Assembly: GCA_963803435.1 (NCBI GenBank)
Contig: CAWDML010000001.1
Location: forward strand, 2,144,001-2,208,000
Reading direction: 5' to 3'
Source of the DNA: an uncultured delta proteobacterium
GTDB lineage: Bacteria > Myxococcota > Kuafuiibacteriia > Kuafuiibacteriales > Kuafuiibacteriaceae
DNA: 64,000 nt
Shown: positions 9,367 to 21,828 of the stretch, piece by piece
Numbering within the stretch: the stretch's first letter is position 1
How the letters are laid out: every line of letters starts with the position of its first letter
The notes under the pieces: generated by a model
The model's input: only the letters and a program-made list of their open reading frames with translations
The model's database searches: none
Told to the model about the DNA's origin: nothing
Translations under genes and position numbers: made by a program

Positions 9367-11151
9367 TTGGTCCAGGTCTCAACGGAAAAAATCGCGGAGA
9401 TTCGCGACCGAATCGGGATCGAAGAGGTCGTGGGTCGCGCGGTGCAATTGACCCGCCGCGGACATCGGCTGGTCGGGCTCTGCCCGTTTCACTCCGAGAA
9501 GACGGCCAGCTTCACCGTGAGCCCCGAGAAGGGCCTGTACCACTGCTTTGGGTGCAAGGCCGGCGGCGACATCTTCCACTTCGTCATGGCCACCGAAGGC
9601 GTCGAGTTTCCGGAGGCGATCCGGCTGTTGGCCGACCGCGCCGGCGTGACCCTGCCGGAGCGCGAGGAGTCGCCGCGCGAGCGGGCCGAGCGGCAGAAAA
9701 AAGAGCGGCTGTTCGCAGTCAACGCGGAGGCGGCGACGTACTACCAGCGGATGCTGGAGCGGACCCCGGACGCCCAGCGCTACCTGCTCGAGGAGCGCGG
9801 CCTGACGAAGCTGGCGATCCAGGAGTTCCGGGTGGGTTGGGCGCCGGCCGGGTGGCAGAACCTGGTCGAGTTTCTGGCCAGCCGGAGCCTCCCGGTCGAC
9901 GATGCCCTCGAGGTCGGCCTGCTGGGCAAGAGCGTCAAGGATGGCCGGCCGTACGATCGGCTGCGGGGACGCGTGATCTTCCCGATCGAGCTGCCCGAGG
10001 CCGGTGGTGGGCGCGGTGGGCCGAAGCTGGCGGGCTTCGGGGCCCGGCGCGCCGACTGGGTCGATCCCGAGGGTCCGAAGTACCTGAACTCGCCCGAGAG
10101 CCCGATCTACGAGAAATCGACCATCCTCTACGGCCTCCACCTGGCGCGGGACGAGATCCGCCGGAAGCGCCGGGCGATCATGGTGGAGGGCTACCTCGAC
10201 GTCATCGGCATGGTCATGGGCGGCTTCCGGGAGACCGTCGCGGCCTGCGGCACCGCCCTCACCCGCCACCACGCGAAGATGCTGCGCAAGCTCGCGCCCG
10301 AGGTCCTCACCTGCTACGACGGCGACGACGCGGGGCGCGAGGCCACCCGAAAGGCGGCGGAGCTCCTCCTGTCCGAGGGTCTCACCGTTCGGGTGGTGGA
10401 GATGCCCGAGAGCCTCGATCCCGACAGCTTCATCCAGAGGCACGGAGCCGAATCTCTGAAAAAACTCGTTGACGAAGCACCGTCCGCCATCGACTTGTTC
10501 CTCCGTCGAGCGCGGGCGGCACACGCTGGGGGCGGCGTCGCGGGTACGACCAAGGCCATGGAAGCGGTCAAACCATTGATCCTGGCGATCAGGGACCCCC
10601 TGGAGCGCGATGTGTCGCTCTCGGCGTGCGCGCGCCAGCTCGGGATCGACGTGGGGGTGCTCCGGCGCCACCTGGCCTCGAAGGAGCCCCTCCCGGCCCG
10701 GGCGGCGCCCGCGCCACAAACTCGCGCGCTGAGCTTCCCCGTCGTAGAGACGGAGCTCTTGAAAATGCTCTTGGAATCACCGGCGGAAGTGATACGCGCG
10801 CTGGACGAGCGGCAGGCGCGAAACGCGTTCACCAGCCCTGCCATCCAGGCCGCGATGGACGCCGCCATTGCCGCGCATGAGACGGGTGCGTCCTACGATG
10901 CTCCCCGAGCGCTCGACGCGATGCGACAGGCCGTGGATCTCGACGAGGCGACCCTGGCCACCCTGCGGCAGACGCTCGTCGAGTCGCGGCCGGAGAAGGA
11001 AGACCTTTCGGCGTGCGTGACACGCCTCCTCAAAGCGCACCGGGAGCAGGAGCTCCGCGCGCTCAAGAAGCGGATCGAACAGGAAACGAATCCAGAGATC
11101 GTTCGGGAGCTCGCGATGGAAGCGAGCCGTCTGATGGCGACGCGCGGTTGA
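9367..11151 (+). CDS. dnaG: DNA primase
   Basis: CPFH..KT.SF zinc finger, CFGC, PKYLNSPE, TOPRIM VEGYLD and YDGDDAG. Confidence 0.96.
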   Translation: MVQVSTEKIAEIRDRIGIEEVVGRAVQLTRRGHRLVGLCPFHSEKTASFTVSPEKGLYHCFGCKAGGDIFHFVMATEGVEFPEAIRLLADRAGVTLPEREESPRERAERQKKERLFAVNAEAATYYQRMLERTPDAQRYLLEERGLTKLAIQEFRVGWAPAGWQNLVEFLASRSLPVDDALEVGLLGKSVKDGRPYDRLRGRVIFPIELPEAGGGRGGPKLAGFGARRADWVDPEGPKYLNSPESPIYEKSTILYGLHLARDEIRRKRRAIMVEGYLDVIGMVMGGFRETVAACGTALTRHHAKMLRKLAPEVLTCYDGDDAGREATRKAAELLLSEGLTVRVVEMPESLDPDSFIQRHGAESLKKLVDEAPSAIDLFLRRARAAHAGGGVAGTTKAMEAVKPLILAIRDPLERDVSLSACARQLGIDVGVLRRHLASKEPLPARAAPAPQTRALSFPVVETELLKMLLESPAEVIRALDERQARNAFTSPAIQAAMDAAIAAHETGASYDAPRALDAMRQAVDLDEATLATLRQTLVESRPEKEDLSACVTRLLKAHREQELRALKKRIEQETNPEIVRELAMEASRLMATRG

Positions 11152-11168
11152 GGATCGGGAAGAGATAG

Positions 11169-13820
<2,652 letters not shown>

Positions 13821-13828
13821 AGGTCCGT

Positions 13829-14674
13829 TCAGGACGTCTTGGGCGCGTTGCCCTGGAGCGCGAAGTAGATGATCGGGACGGGATCCGCGTTCGCCTTCAC
13901 GCGCTCGTCACGCCCGGCCAGGCGCAGGAGGCCGTTGAACAGCAGCGACCAGACACGGCTGTTGTCCTTGAGGGCCGCCATCCCCAGGAACACGCCGCTG
14001 CCGGGCTTGCCGACCTCGCGCATCTCGTCGTGCACGCAGTTGACGCCGGTGAGCTTGTTCAACCGATCGTCCGGAGTTCCGTAGTCGAGGCGGATCACCT
14101 GCGCGCCGTCGCCGTCGAACTTGCGACCCAGCTTGCTGTCGACGACGTCCCAGTTGAAGTTGAAGATCCAGCCGCCGAAGACGCTGTTGTTGCCGGTGCC
14201 CTCGTGGCCCTCGCCCGGGCGCTCGAGCGTCCGCTTGCCGGCCCAGGGATGCCAGGTGGTCATGATCCACGAGACGAAGCGGCCGAAGCGTGTGCCGTCG
14301 TGATGCGGTGCCGCCAGATCCGTGCCGCGCATCTGGCCGTTGAAGCGCGCCCCCTCGGGCGCGTGGCCGGTCTCGAACAGGGCATGGAGCACGTCGGAGC
14401 GGAGGCCCTTGAGATCGTTGATGTCGGTGATCAGACGATCGAGCTTGCCGCGCTTGGCCAGCGTCCGAACCTCGCTCGGGGACAGCGCGTTCAGCTGCTC
14501 GAGCCGGGTGATCGACGGGAGCTCCCGGGCCCCGTACCGGCCCTGCTCGACCGGGCGACCCCACGGCTCTTCATACCGGATCTGAACGGCACCCGAGGTC
14601 GGGCACGCCTCACCGACGGTAGAGCCGACCGGCGGTTCGGTGGCTGGCTGGGTTCGTTGCGCCGGGGTGACCAT
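13829..14674 (-). CDS. Hypothetical protein
   Basis: Good codon usage. C-terminal W.GK...G.N...RLDY...DEMREV...G.FLG.A pattern recalls a conserved uncharacterised family. Confidence 0.7.
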   Translation of the reverse strand: MVTPAQRTQPATEPPVGSTVGEACPTSGAVQIRYEEPWGRPVEQGRYGARELPSITRLEQLNALSPSEVRTLAKRGKLDRLITDINDLKGLRSDVLHALFETGHAPEGARFNGQMRGTDLAAPHHDGTRFGRFVSWIMTTWHPWAGKRTLERPGEGHEGTGNNSVFGGWIFNFNWDVVDSKLGRKFDGDGAQVIRLDYGTPDDRLNKLTGVNCVHDEMREVGKPGSGVFLGMAALKDNSRVWSLLFNGLLRLAGRDERVKANADPVPIIYFALQGNAPKTS

Positions 14675-14727
14675 GTATGTCCATATCGGCAGATGTACGT
14701 AGACGTTGTGCCGATCGGCGGGCGCCG

Positions 14728-14762
14728 TTGACAGACCTCTGGACGGAATGACATGTCATTCC
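14728..14762 (+). promoter_or_regulatory. TetR promoter with perfect 18-bp palindromic operator
   Basis: TTGACA at 14728-14733. GGAATGACATGTCATTCC (14745-14762) covers the -10 position, 6 nt before the ATG. Confidence 0.75.
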
Positions 14763-14768
14763 TCACCG

Positions 14769-15374
14769 ATGGTGGCGGACCGAAAGGAGAAACGACGGAC
14801 GCAGATCCTGGAGGGCGCCGCCCAGGCCTTCGCGCAAAACGGCTTCGGTGGGACGCAGATCGCCGACATCGCCAAGCACCTGGGCATCGGCCACGGCACC
14901 GTCTATCGCTACTTCCGGGACAAGACGGACGTGTTCCGCGCGGTCCTCGGGGACGCCCTCGCCAAGGTCGGGGCCGCGCTGGTGGAAGAGGCGCCGGCCG
15001 CCGAGAGCCTCGCCGCCTACGAGGCGCAGGTGGAGCGGATCGCCGTCCGATTGTTCGAGCTGGTCGAGAACGACCGCGACGCGGCGCGCCTGATCTTCGA
15101 GGAGGCCACCTCGGTCCGCGAGCTGGCGGAGGAGCACGCCGCGGCCATGGATGCCTTCGCGGGCATGACCGCCGCGTATCTGATCCACGGCCAGGAGAAG
15201 GGCTTCCTTCGCGACGACTTCAATCCTGAGCTCGCCGCCCGCGCGATCAACGCGATGATCTTCGAGGGTGCGCGACACATCCTGCGCGCGGAGGACGGCC
15301 GCGCGGCGCTCGAGCTCTGGTCGCAGGAGATCGGGCGCCTGTTCATTCGCGGCATCGCCAAAGAGGAGAAGTGA
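14769..15374 (+). CDS. TetR/AcrR family transcriptional regulator
   Basis: QILEGAAQAFAQNGF..TQIADIAKHLGIGHGTVYRYFRDK helix-turn-helix. Confidence 0.92.
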   Translation: MVADRKEKRRTQILEGAAQAFAQNGFGGTQIADIAKHLGIGHGTVYRYFRDKTDVFRAVLGDALAKVGAALVEEAPAAESLAAYEAQVERIAVRLFELVENDRDAARLIFEEATSVRELAEEHAAAMDAFAGMTAAYLIHGQEKGFLRDDFNPELAARAINAMIFEGARHILRAEDGRAALELWSQEIGRLFIRGIAKEEK

Positions 15375-15375
15375 C

Positions 15376-16221
15376 ATGGTTCAGGTCGACGTCTTTTGGA
15401 GTTACGCCCTGGGCGCGGGCTTCGCGATCACGCACGCATGGCAGCTCGAGGCGGAGCGCAAGGCGCAGCGGAGCCCGTTCGATCACCGCTCCTTCCGAGA
15501 CACGATCCTGTTCCTCGCCTGCGTCTTCGTCCCCTCGGGCGCATACCTGGTCTGGGCGTTCCCGTCGTGGGAGACGATGCACGTCGGCGATCGGAACATG
15601 CCGGCCTGGCTGATCACGCTCTTCTCCCTCACGAACGTCACCCAGGGCCTGCTCGGCTACGCGGTGGTGGCCTGGCTCCTGGCGCGCGGCCGACGCTACC
15701 TCGCGTACCTGCAGTGGGTGCTCGGCTACTTCCTGATGTTCTTCATCCTCGTACACGGTTGGGACGGCACGGGTTACGTGCGGTTCTTCTCCGAGACACG
15801 CGCCCAGATCCCCGGCTGGACCTGGAGCACGGCCGGCGCCTGGCTGGTCTGTCCGGTCGCGATCTCGCTGTACGTCATGGGCATCTTCCTGATGCCGGCC
15901 ATGTTGCGAATGATGGGCGGCGGCGTGGAGCGCGGCCTGGCGATGGCCGGCCTGGAGCCCAAGAGCCGCCACCTGATCGCCTTCTCGGTGGTCGCGATGG
16001 CTCTGACGGGTGTGCTCGGAATGGCCATCCTCGCGAGCGTGTCGATCCGCGTTCTGGGACCCTGGCTGGGGGTGCCGGCGTTTGCGGTGATCGCCTGGGC
16101 GATCGGGCTTCGCACCGGCGGCATCTTCCACAGGCATTTTCGGCAGCTGGTCCACGGCGAGCCCTTCCTGAAGCGCAGCTCCCGGGCGATGCCCAGCACC
16201 GAGGCGGCGAGCTCGGTCTGA
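15376..16221 (+). CDS. Multi-pass membrane protein of unknown function
   Basis: MVQVDVFWSYALGAGFA start, FPSWETM and HGWDGTGY.RF motifs, about 7 hydrophobic segments; 1 nt after the tetR stop. Confidence 0.78.
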   Translation: MVQVDVFWSYALGAGFAITHAWQLEAERKAQRSPFDHRSFRDTILFLACVFVPSGAYLVWAFPSWETMHVGDRNMPAWLITLFSLTNVTQGLLGYAVVAWLLARGRRYLAYLQWVLGYFLMFFILVHGWDGTGYVRFFSETRAQIPGWTWSTAGAWLVCPVAISLYVMGIFLMPAMLRMMGGGVERGLAMAGLEPKSRHLIAFSVVAMALTGVLGMAILASVSIRVLGPWLGVPAFAVIAWAIGLRTGGIFHRHFRQLVHGEPFLKRSSRAMPSTEAASSV

Positions 16222-16268
16222 CGCAGCGCTGCGTGATCGACGACCGCATTTGATCGCATACTGGGGCC

Positions 16269-16736
16269 GTGCCGGGCCTGACGATCGACGGTCTCGCCTT
16301 CGAGGCTCCGGTCAGCCTCGCCTACGAGGAGTCGATGGTCACGCTGAGCACGCCGAACGCGGCGATCGACGATCGTCGGATTCTAAACCGACGCCCGCCG
16401 GTTCACACCAACCTGGTCGTGCGCCGACGTAAGGCACGCGAGGGCTCGACGATCGATGAGGTCGCGGGTCAGATGCGCGCTGAGCTCACCAAGAGCCTCG
16501 CCGGGCTCGACTGTCTCGAGAGCAGCGCGTTCGCGTTCAGTGACGGCACCAGCGGGATCCTGATCGCGTACCGCTTTCCCGCCGCCGAATCGATCGTGCT
16601 GCGCCAATACCACGCGCTCCGACTCGACGGAGATCGAATCACCACGATGACCTTGACCGCCGACGACGGCGCCTTCCCGGATGACGAGCGCGATCGCTGG
16701 CTCGCGTGTCTCGCCTCCACACGGTTGGAGCGATGA
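16269..16736 (+). CDS. DcrB/DUF1795-related (PsbP/Mog1 fold) protein
   Basis: Size and pattern NLVVRRRK...LRQYHALRLDG...TMTLTA...W...LAS.R resemble myxobacterial DcrB-related proteins; recognised by eye. Confidence 0.55.
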   Translation: MPGLTIDGLAFEAPVSLAYEESMVTLSTPNAAIDDRRILNRRPPVHTNLVVRRRKAREGSTIDEVAGQMRAELTKSLAGLDCLESSAFAFSDGTSGILIAYRFPAAESIVLRQYHALRLDGDRITTMTLTADDGAFPDDERDRWLACLASTRLER

Positions 16737-18614
16737 AGATCCGGATTCCTGGGACCGAGGCCCGCCCTCCTGTCGATCGATCGCTGCCGGCCGATGAGGG
16801 CGGACCGACTTCGACGGTCCCCGACGCCCGGCCGAATCATCTGCGCGGCGTGCTGAGCCGGATGGCCAGGTCAGGGATCCGTCTCCTGCTCGGCAGCTCG
16901 CATACTCGATCCGCGAACGCGGGGGCCCGGGTGGCGCTCGGGGGCGAGCCGTCGCACCTGGAGCCGGTTTGGGAAGGGGCGGCCCTCGCCTTGCCGGAGT
17001 CGGCGCCCGGCACGGACGACCCGCGGTTGTCCGCGCGACAGCTCAACGCGCTCGCCGACGACGTCTTCGAGGCGCTCCACGGCGGCGGCATGCTGCGGAT
17101 GTTCGGAGCGCGCCGAGCCGCGACCGGCGGGCTCTTCGAGGCGCTCCAGCGGTTGCCCGCCGCTCAGGCGAAGGACCTCCGCGAGGTGTACCGCCAGCGG
17201 CATGGCGAGGATGTGGTGACGGATTTGAGGCGGGAGCACCGGCTCGGCTCGGAGTCCACGCGACGCGCCGAGGCTTACCTCCTCGGACACCGCGCGCTCG
17301 GCGATGCGATGGGCCTCTACCAGGCATTCGACGCGGGCGACGGGGACAAGGCGATCGCGCTGCTCTCGGGGGGCGACGCCGTGCGCAACCGGACGCTGAT
17401 GGAGACGTACGCCCGCCACTATGGACGCGACCTCGAGTATGACCTGCGCGGCTTCGCGGTCGATCTGAAGGGTCCGATCGATGCGGAGGGCTTTTCGCTG
17501 ACCCTGCGGGGGCTGCACGGGGAGCGGCTGGCCGAGGCCTACCGCTGCTTGCACGGGCCGCGCCTCGCGATCGCGGCCGCTCGAATCGCGGAGCTCACCG
17601 GGACCGAGCCCGCGTCGACACCCGCGGGCAAGCGAAGCGCGCAGCGAGCCCCTGCGAGCGAAGTCGGGTGCGACGGCTTCGCCGGAGCGGGCGCCGCGGG
17701 CACACGAGAGATCTATGGCCTGCTGGCGCGTGCGGGCGGTGAGGAGCGGACGCTGCTCGCCGAGCTCTACCGAGCCAGAACAGGACGCGATCTGGTCGAG
17801 ACCCTGCGGCCGGTGTTCGCGGCCGCTGCGGCGGCGGATTCGATCGATCGACACGCCACCGGAGAAGACGGTCGCGGTGGTGGTGAGCTCGGGAAACTGG
17901 CGCGCGCTCCTCGAAGGTACCGAGGACCGGCACATCGGTGGCTATCACTGGCGCGAGGTCGAGGCCTACGTGAAGGAGGCGCTCGATCGCGGATACACGC
18001 CGGTGTTCTTCACCCCGGAGGGCCTTCCGCCCTCCCCCGACGCGCTCTCGCTGCTGTTGGGGAAGCTCGGCCCGAAGCTCGGGTTCGGGCTGGCTGCGGG
18101 CACCGGGCCCTTCGACTCTCGGCAGGGCGCCGCGATCATGGAGGGCTTCCTGGCGCCGCACTCGCTGGCGCGCTTCGATCCGTCGCGCTTCGCCAGCATT
18201 CACGTGGCCGGCGGGCACGGGTCGCACCACGATCTGGTCGGCAATCCGCTGGTCGAGCGGGCGGTCACCGCGATCCACGACGAGAACAAGCCGGTGACCG
18301 CGGTCTGTCACGCGACGCCGAGCCTGGGCCGGCTGCTGGCAGGCGGCCCCGCCACTGGGTTCTCGCCGGAGCTCGACGCGATCATGCTGAAGGCCGGCTA
18401 CGTACTCCCCGAGTTCCAGCCCACCTACGACGCGCACCAGGGCCTCATCGACGCCGGCGCCGATTTCCACCTGATCGATCGGGCGCAAGCGTTCGCGAAC
18501 ATCCATCATACCGAGGTCGACCGCCGGCCGGGCCGAGCGCCGGTGATCACGGGAACCGGTCCGGAGGCCACCGACGACGTCGCGCGCCTCGTATTCGATC
18601 TGCTCGCGAAGTAG
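16733..18614 (+). CDS. Annexin-like repeat + DJ-1/PfpI (Hsp31-like) domain protein, +1 frameshift at ~17839
   Basis: Three annexin-like repeats (...LREVYRQRHGEDVVTDLR, ...LMETYARHYGRDLEYDLR, ...LAELYRARTGRDLVETLR). Removing one T from GATTC 17837-17841 joins them to GYHWRE / IHVAGGHG / VTAVCHA / VITGTGP of ORF 17715..18614. Confidence 0.7.
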
Positions 18615-18623
18615 TATCGGGCC

Positions 18624-20108
18624 GTGAAGGCTGTCGCGGAGCTGGAGGCGCTGTGCCAGCGCCACCGCCTGCGTCGCGACTATCCCGAGGCCGTCATGCG
18701 CGAGGTCGAGGCGATCACGCGCGCGCCCGGCATCGACGATCCGGAGCTCCTCGATCTCACGGGCGGTGCGTTCGTCACGATCGACAACGACGATTCCCGC
18801 GATCTCGATCAAGCGATGCTCCTCGAGCGCACTGAGGGCGGCTATCGCATCGACTATGCGCTCGCGGATGCATCGTACTACGTCCGGCCCGGCACCGCGC
18901 TCTTCGACGAGGCCCTCCTCCGCGGCGCCACCTACTACCTGCCGGCCTTCTCGGTGCCGATGCTCCCTCCGGAGCTGTCGGAGGGACTGGTCTCTCTCAA
19001 CGAGGAGCGAACGCGCCGCGCCTTCGTGATCCGGATGCATCTCGACGCACGCGCCGAGCCCACGCGTACCGAGTTCGTACGCGCGCGCATGCGGAGCCGC
19101 CGAAAGCTCACCTATGCCGGCGTTCAGCGCTACTACGAAGGCGACCGCACCCTCGACGGAGAGGGCTTCACGGAGACGCTCGACCTCCTGGCCGAGGTCG
19201 GCACCACGCGGATCCGGGCCAAGGAGGCCCGCGGGGTCGCCGAGTACGATCGGCTGGAGACCGAGATCGGGATCAGCAAGAGCGAAGGCGGCTTCACGAT
19301 CGAGGCCCGTCCCCGCAACGACACCGAGAAGTACAACGAGCAGATCAGCCTGCTGTGCAACATGGAGGGGGCGCGCTTCCTCCGCGATCGATCCGCTGCC
19401 CACGTCCAGCCGATCTACCGCGTCCACGGCAGCCCACCGACCTCGCGCATTCGCGATCTCGCCGAGCGGATCGAGGAGCTGATCGAGGTCCGGCACCTCG
19501 ACCCGCGCGTCTGGCGCTGGGAGCCGGAGACCGAGACCATCGGGGAGTATCTGGGACGCCTCCCCGACGACAACGGGGTCGCCCGCGCGATCCACCGCCA
19601 GGCCGTCGTCGTGAACAACCCGTCGCTGTTCTCCTCGGAGGTCGGCCCGCACTACGGGATCGGCGCGGACGAATACAGCCGCTTCTCTTCGCCGATGCGC
19701 GAGATCGTCGGGATCTATACGCACAAGGAGGCGCTGGAGAAGATCGCCGGCGAAGGCGTGGTCGATCCGGAGCTGCGCGACCTGGTCATCGAGGCAGGCA
19801 ACCGCGCCCGTGCGCTCCAGAACCAGATCGACAAGGAGGCGAAGCTCCTGGTGATCGACCAGGTGCTGCGCGGGGATCTCGATCGCGCGCCCACGGACCG
19901 GCCGGCCCGCTCCGGCCATGTCCTCGGTGTGAGCCAGACGAAGATCTACGTCGAGCTCGACGATCCCCCGCTCGAGGTGAAGGTGTACCTGGAGGACCTG
20001 GGGCTGGCGTTCTCGCCGCAGCGCTTCGCTCTGGGCGATCGGATCCGGCTCGTGGTCGCGGGCTTCGACCCCGCCCGCAGCCGCTGGACGTTCTCGCTGG
20101 TCGGGTGA
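18624..20108 (+). CDS. RNB-domain exoribonuclease (RNase II/R family, short form)
   Basis: FVTIDNDDSRDLDQA, YALADAS, RGATYY, IYRVH, HYGIG...YSRFSSPMR, C-terminal S1-like segment. Confidence 0.88.
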   Translation: MKAVAELEALCQRHRLRRDYPEAVMREVEAITRAPGIDDPELLDLTGGAFVTIDNDDSRDLDQAMLLERTEGGYRIDYALADASYYVRPGTALFDEALLRGATYYLPAFSVPMLPPELSEGLVSLNEERTRRAFVIRMHLDARAEPTRTEFVRARMRSRRKLTYAGVQRYYEGDRTLDGEGFTETLDLLAEVGTTRIRAKEARGVAEYDRLETEIGISKSEGGFTIEARPRNDTEKYNEQISLLCNMEGARFLRDRSAAHVQPIYRVHGSPPTSRIRDLAERIEELIEVRHLDPRVWRWEPETETIGEYLGRLPDDNGVARAIHRQAVVVNNPSLFSSEVGPHYGIGADEYSRFSSPMREIVGIYTHKEALEKIAGEGVVDPELRDLVIEAGNRARALQNQIDKEAKLLVIDQVLRGDLDRAPTDRPARSGHVLGVSQTKIYVELDDPPLEVKVYLEDLGLAFSPQRFALGDRIRLVVAGFDPARSRWTFSLVG

Positions 20109-20115
20109 GCGGCCG

Positions 20116-20922
20116 TCAGGCGCGCGCCAGCTCGAAGAGGTGGACGTCCCCCTCGCGGGCGCGTTCGCGTTTGACGCGACGGAAGCCGCGGGCGTCGGTG
20201 TACCGATAGAACTCGTGCTCGTCGACGAGCTTCTCGTGGAGCTGACCGACAATCACGTCGACGCGGTCCAGCTGGTCGCCCAGACCCATGAGGACGTCGA
20301 GCTCGCTCCCTTCGACGTCGAGCTTGAGGACGTCGACGCAATCGACGGCGCTCTCGCGGAGATAGTCGGCGAGCGTGAGGCAGGGGACCTCGATGGCACG
20401 GGAACCCGCGGAGGGGTCCTTGATCGAGTGGAGGGCGCCGTGGACCGCGACGTGGAGCCGGACCGCCCCACGCGCCTTGCCCACGGCGGCCTGGGTCACG
20501 GCGACGTCGCTGCGGGCGCCGCAGTTCAGCTCGAGGAAGCGGAAGTTGCGCGGCTCGGGCTCGAAGGCGTGAACCCGCGCGCCCGGCCAGCGCCCGAGGA
20601 ACCAGATCGCGGACAGACCGATGTTCGCTCCGCAGTCGATGACCACCGGGTTCCTCGGAAGCGGCGTTTGGATCGCGTAGTCCCGGTCGAAGAAGATCCC
20701 CGAGAGCGTGAAGATGTCGCACTTCCGCATGGTGACGGGGAAGGCGAGGTCAAAGAGACACAGCTGGAACGAGACCTCGGAGGCGTCGTTGGGATCGCGG
20801 GTGATGCCCGCGTAGCAGGAGAGCAGGGCGGCCCGAGATCGGAGGTCCTTGGTCAGCCGCATGCTGAGATCGGCCGCCTCCAGGGCGCGCCGGATCTTCC
20901 TCTTGACGAGGTCTCTCAGCAT
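20116..20922 (-). CDS. FkbM family methyltransferase
   Basis: VIDCGANIGLS, HAFEPEP, LKLDVEGSE. Confidence 0.9.
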   Translation of the reverse strand: MLRDLVKRKIRRALEAADLSMRLTKDLRSRAALLSCYAGITRDPNDASEVSFQLCLFDLAFPVTMRKCDIFTLSGIFFDRDYAIQTPLPRNPVVIDCGANIGLSAIWFLGRWPGARVHAFEPEPRNFRFLELNCGARSDVAVTQAAVGKARGAVRLHVAVHGALHSIKDPSAGSRAIEVPCLTLADYLRESAVDCVDVLKLDVEGSELDVLMGLGDQLDRVDVIVGQLHEKLVDEHEFYRYTDARGFRRVKRERAREGDVHLFELARA

Positions 20923-21797
20923 ACCTTGCTCAGCGAGTCCCCCGGTCCAAAGAAGTAGCCGACGACCTCACCGGCACCCCACGAGGTGACGAACATCGAG
21001 ATCAACGGCAGGGAGCGAGCGAGCGTCCCCAGATGCTTTCGTTTGCCCACGATCCGCGAGATCGTGCGGTACAGCAGCACCGGCGGGAGCGCGAACGCGC
21101 TCACACCGTAGGCGACGCGCTTGGGGAGCGGGGCGCCGGCGACGCGGGCCCCCGCGTAGGAGCGCGCGTAGAGGTACCGCTGCGACATGTACTCCTTGAA
21201 CGTGTAGTGCTTCTTGTGACCGACCACGATGTCGGGCCGGCAGTGGAGCTCGACGCCTTCGGCCCGCAGCGTGTCGTGGAGATGATTCTCCCACTTGCCG
21301 GCCTCGACCGCGTCGCGGTGTGCGTCGATGAGCGCCTTCGTGTAGACGACGTTGTTGCCGGTGAGCCAGGCGACCGATCCCCCCTCGATCGGAGGGATGC
21401 AGTGGCTGTACTCGCAGAGGAACGCCGCCCAATCCAGCAGGGTATCGGTGGCCGCGTTCTCCACCGCACCGCCGACGATCGGCCTTCCCGCAGCGATCGC
21501 CTCGAGCATCCGGCGCGCCCAGCCGTCGGGGACGATCACGTGATCTTCGATCACGGCGATCGCGTCGCCGGTCGCCGCTCGGAAGGCGAGGGCCCGCATC
21601 TCGGGGATCGTGGCATCTCTGCTCGCCGGAAGGACACGGACCCACGGAAACAGGGTCGCGATCGACTCGGCGGCACCGATCCGGTCGACGACCAGCGCCT
21701 CGAGGTCGACATCGTCTCGCTGGCGCTCGAGGGCCTCGAGGCAGGCGGCCGCGTCGACCAGGGTGTTGACGGCCGGGATGACGACGGAGAGCTCCAT
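20916..21797 (-). CDS. Glycosyltransferase family 2-like protein
   Basis: MELSVVIPAV, GDAIAVIEDH, VGGAVEN, C-terminal hydrophobic segments. ATG 21797 chosen over 21968. Confidence 0.82.
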   Translation of the reverse strand: MELSVVIPAVNTLVDAAACLEALERQRDDVDLEALVVDRIGAAESIATLFPWVRVLPASRDATIPEMRALAFRAATGDAIAVIEDHVIVPDGWARRMLEAIAAGRPIVGGAVENAATDTLLDWAAFLCEYSHCIPPIEGGSVAWLTGNNVVYTKALIDAHRDAVEAGKWENHLHDTLRAEGVELHCRPDIVVGHKKHYTFKEYMSQRYLYARSYAGARVAGAPLPKRVAYGVSAFALPPVLLYRTISRIVGKRKHLGTLARSLPLISMFVTSWGAGEVVGYFFGPGDSLSKVC

Positions 21798-21828
21798 CGA
21801 GTCAAATCTATAGTAGGATTCGGCGCTC

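Noticed and set aside
16269-16736. T6SS gene cluster
   Set aside because: Only a DcrB-like gene; no vgrG, PAAR, Rhs or tss genes in the window.
17595-20252. Long antisense or alternate-frame ORFs (e.g. 17595..20252-, 31240..33288+, 44235..46175+, 51100..53049-)
   Set aside because: Shadow ORFs of high-GC genes, with no motifs and overlapping well-supported CDSs.
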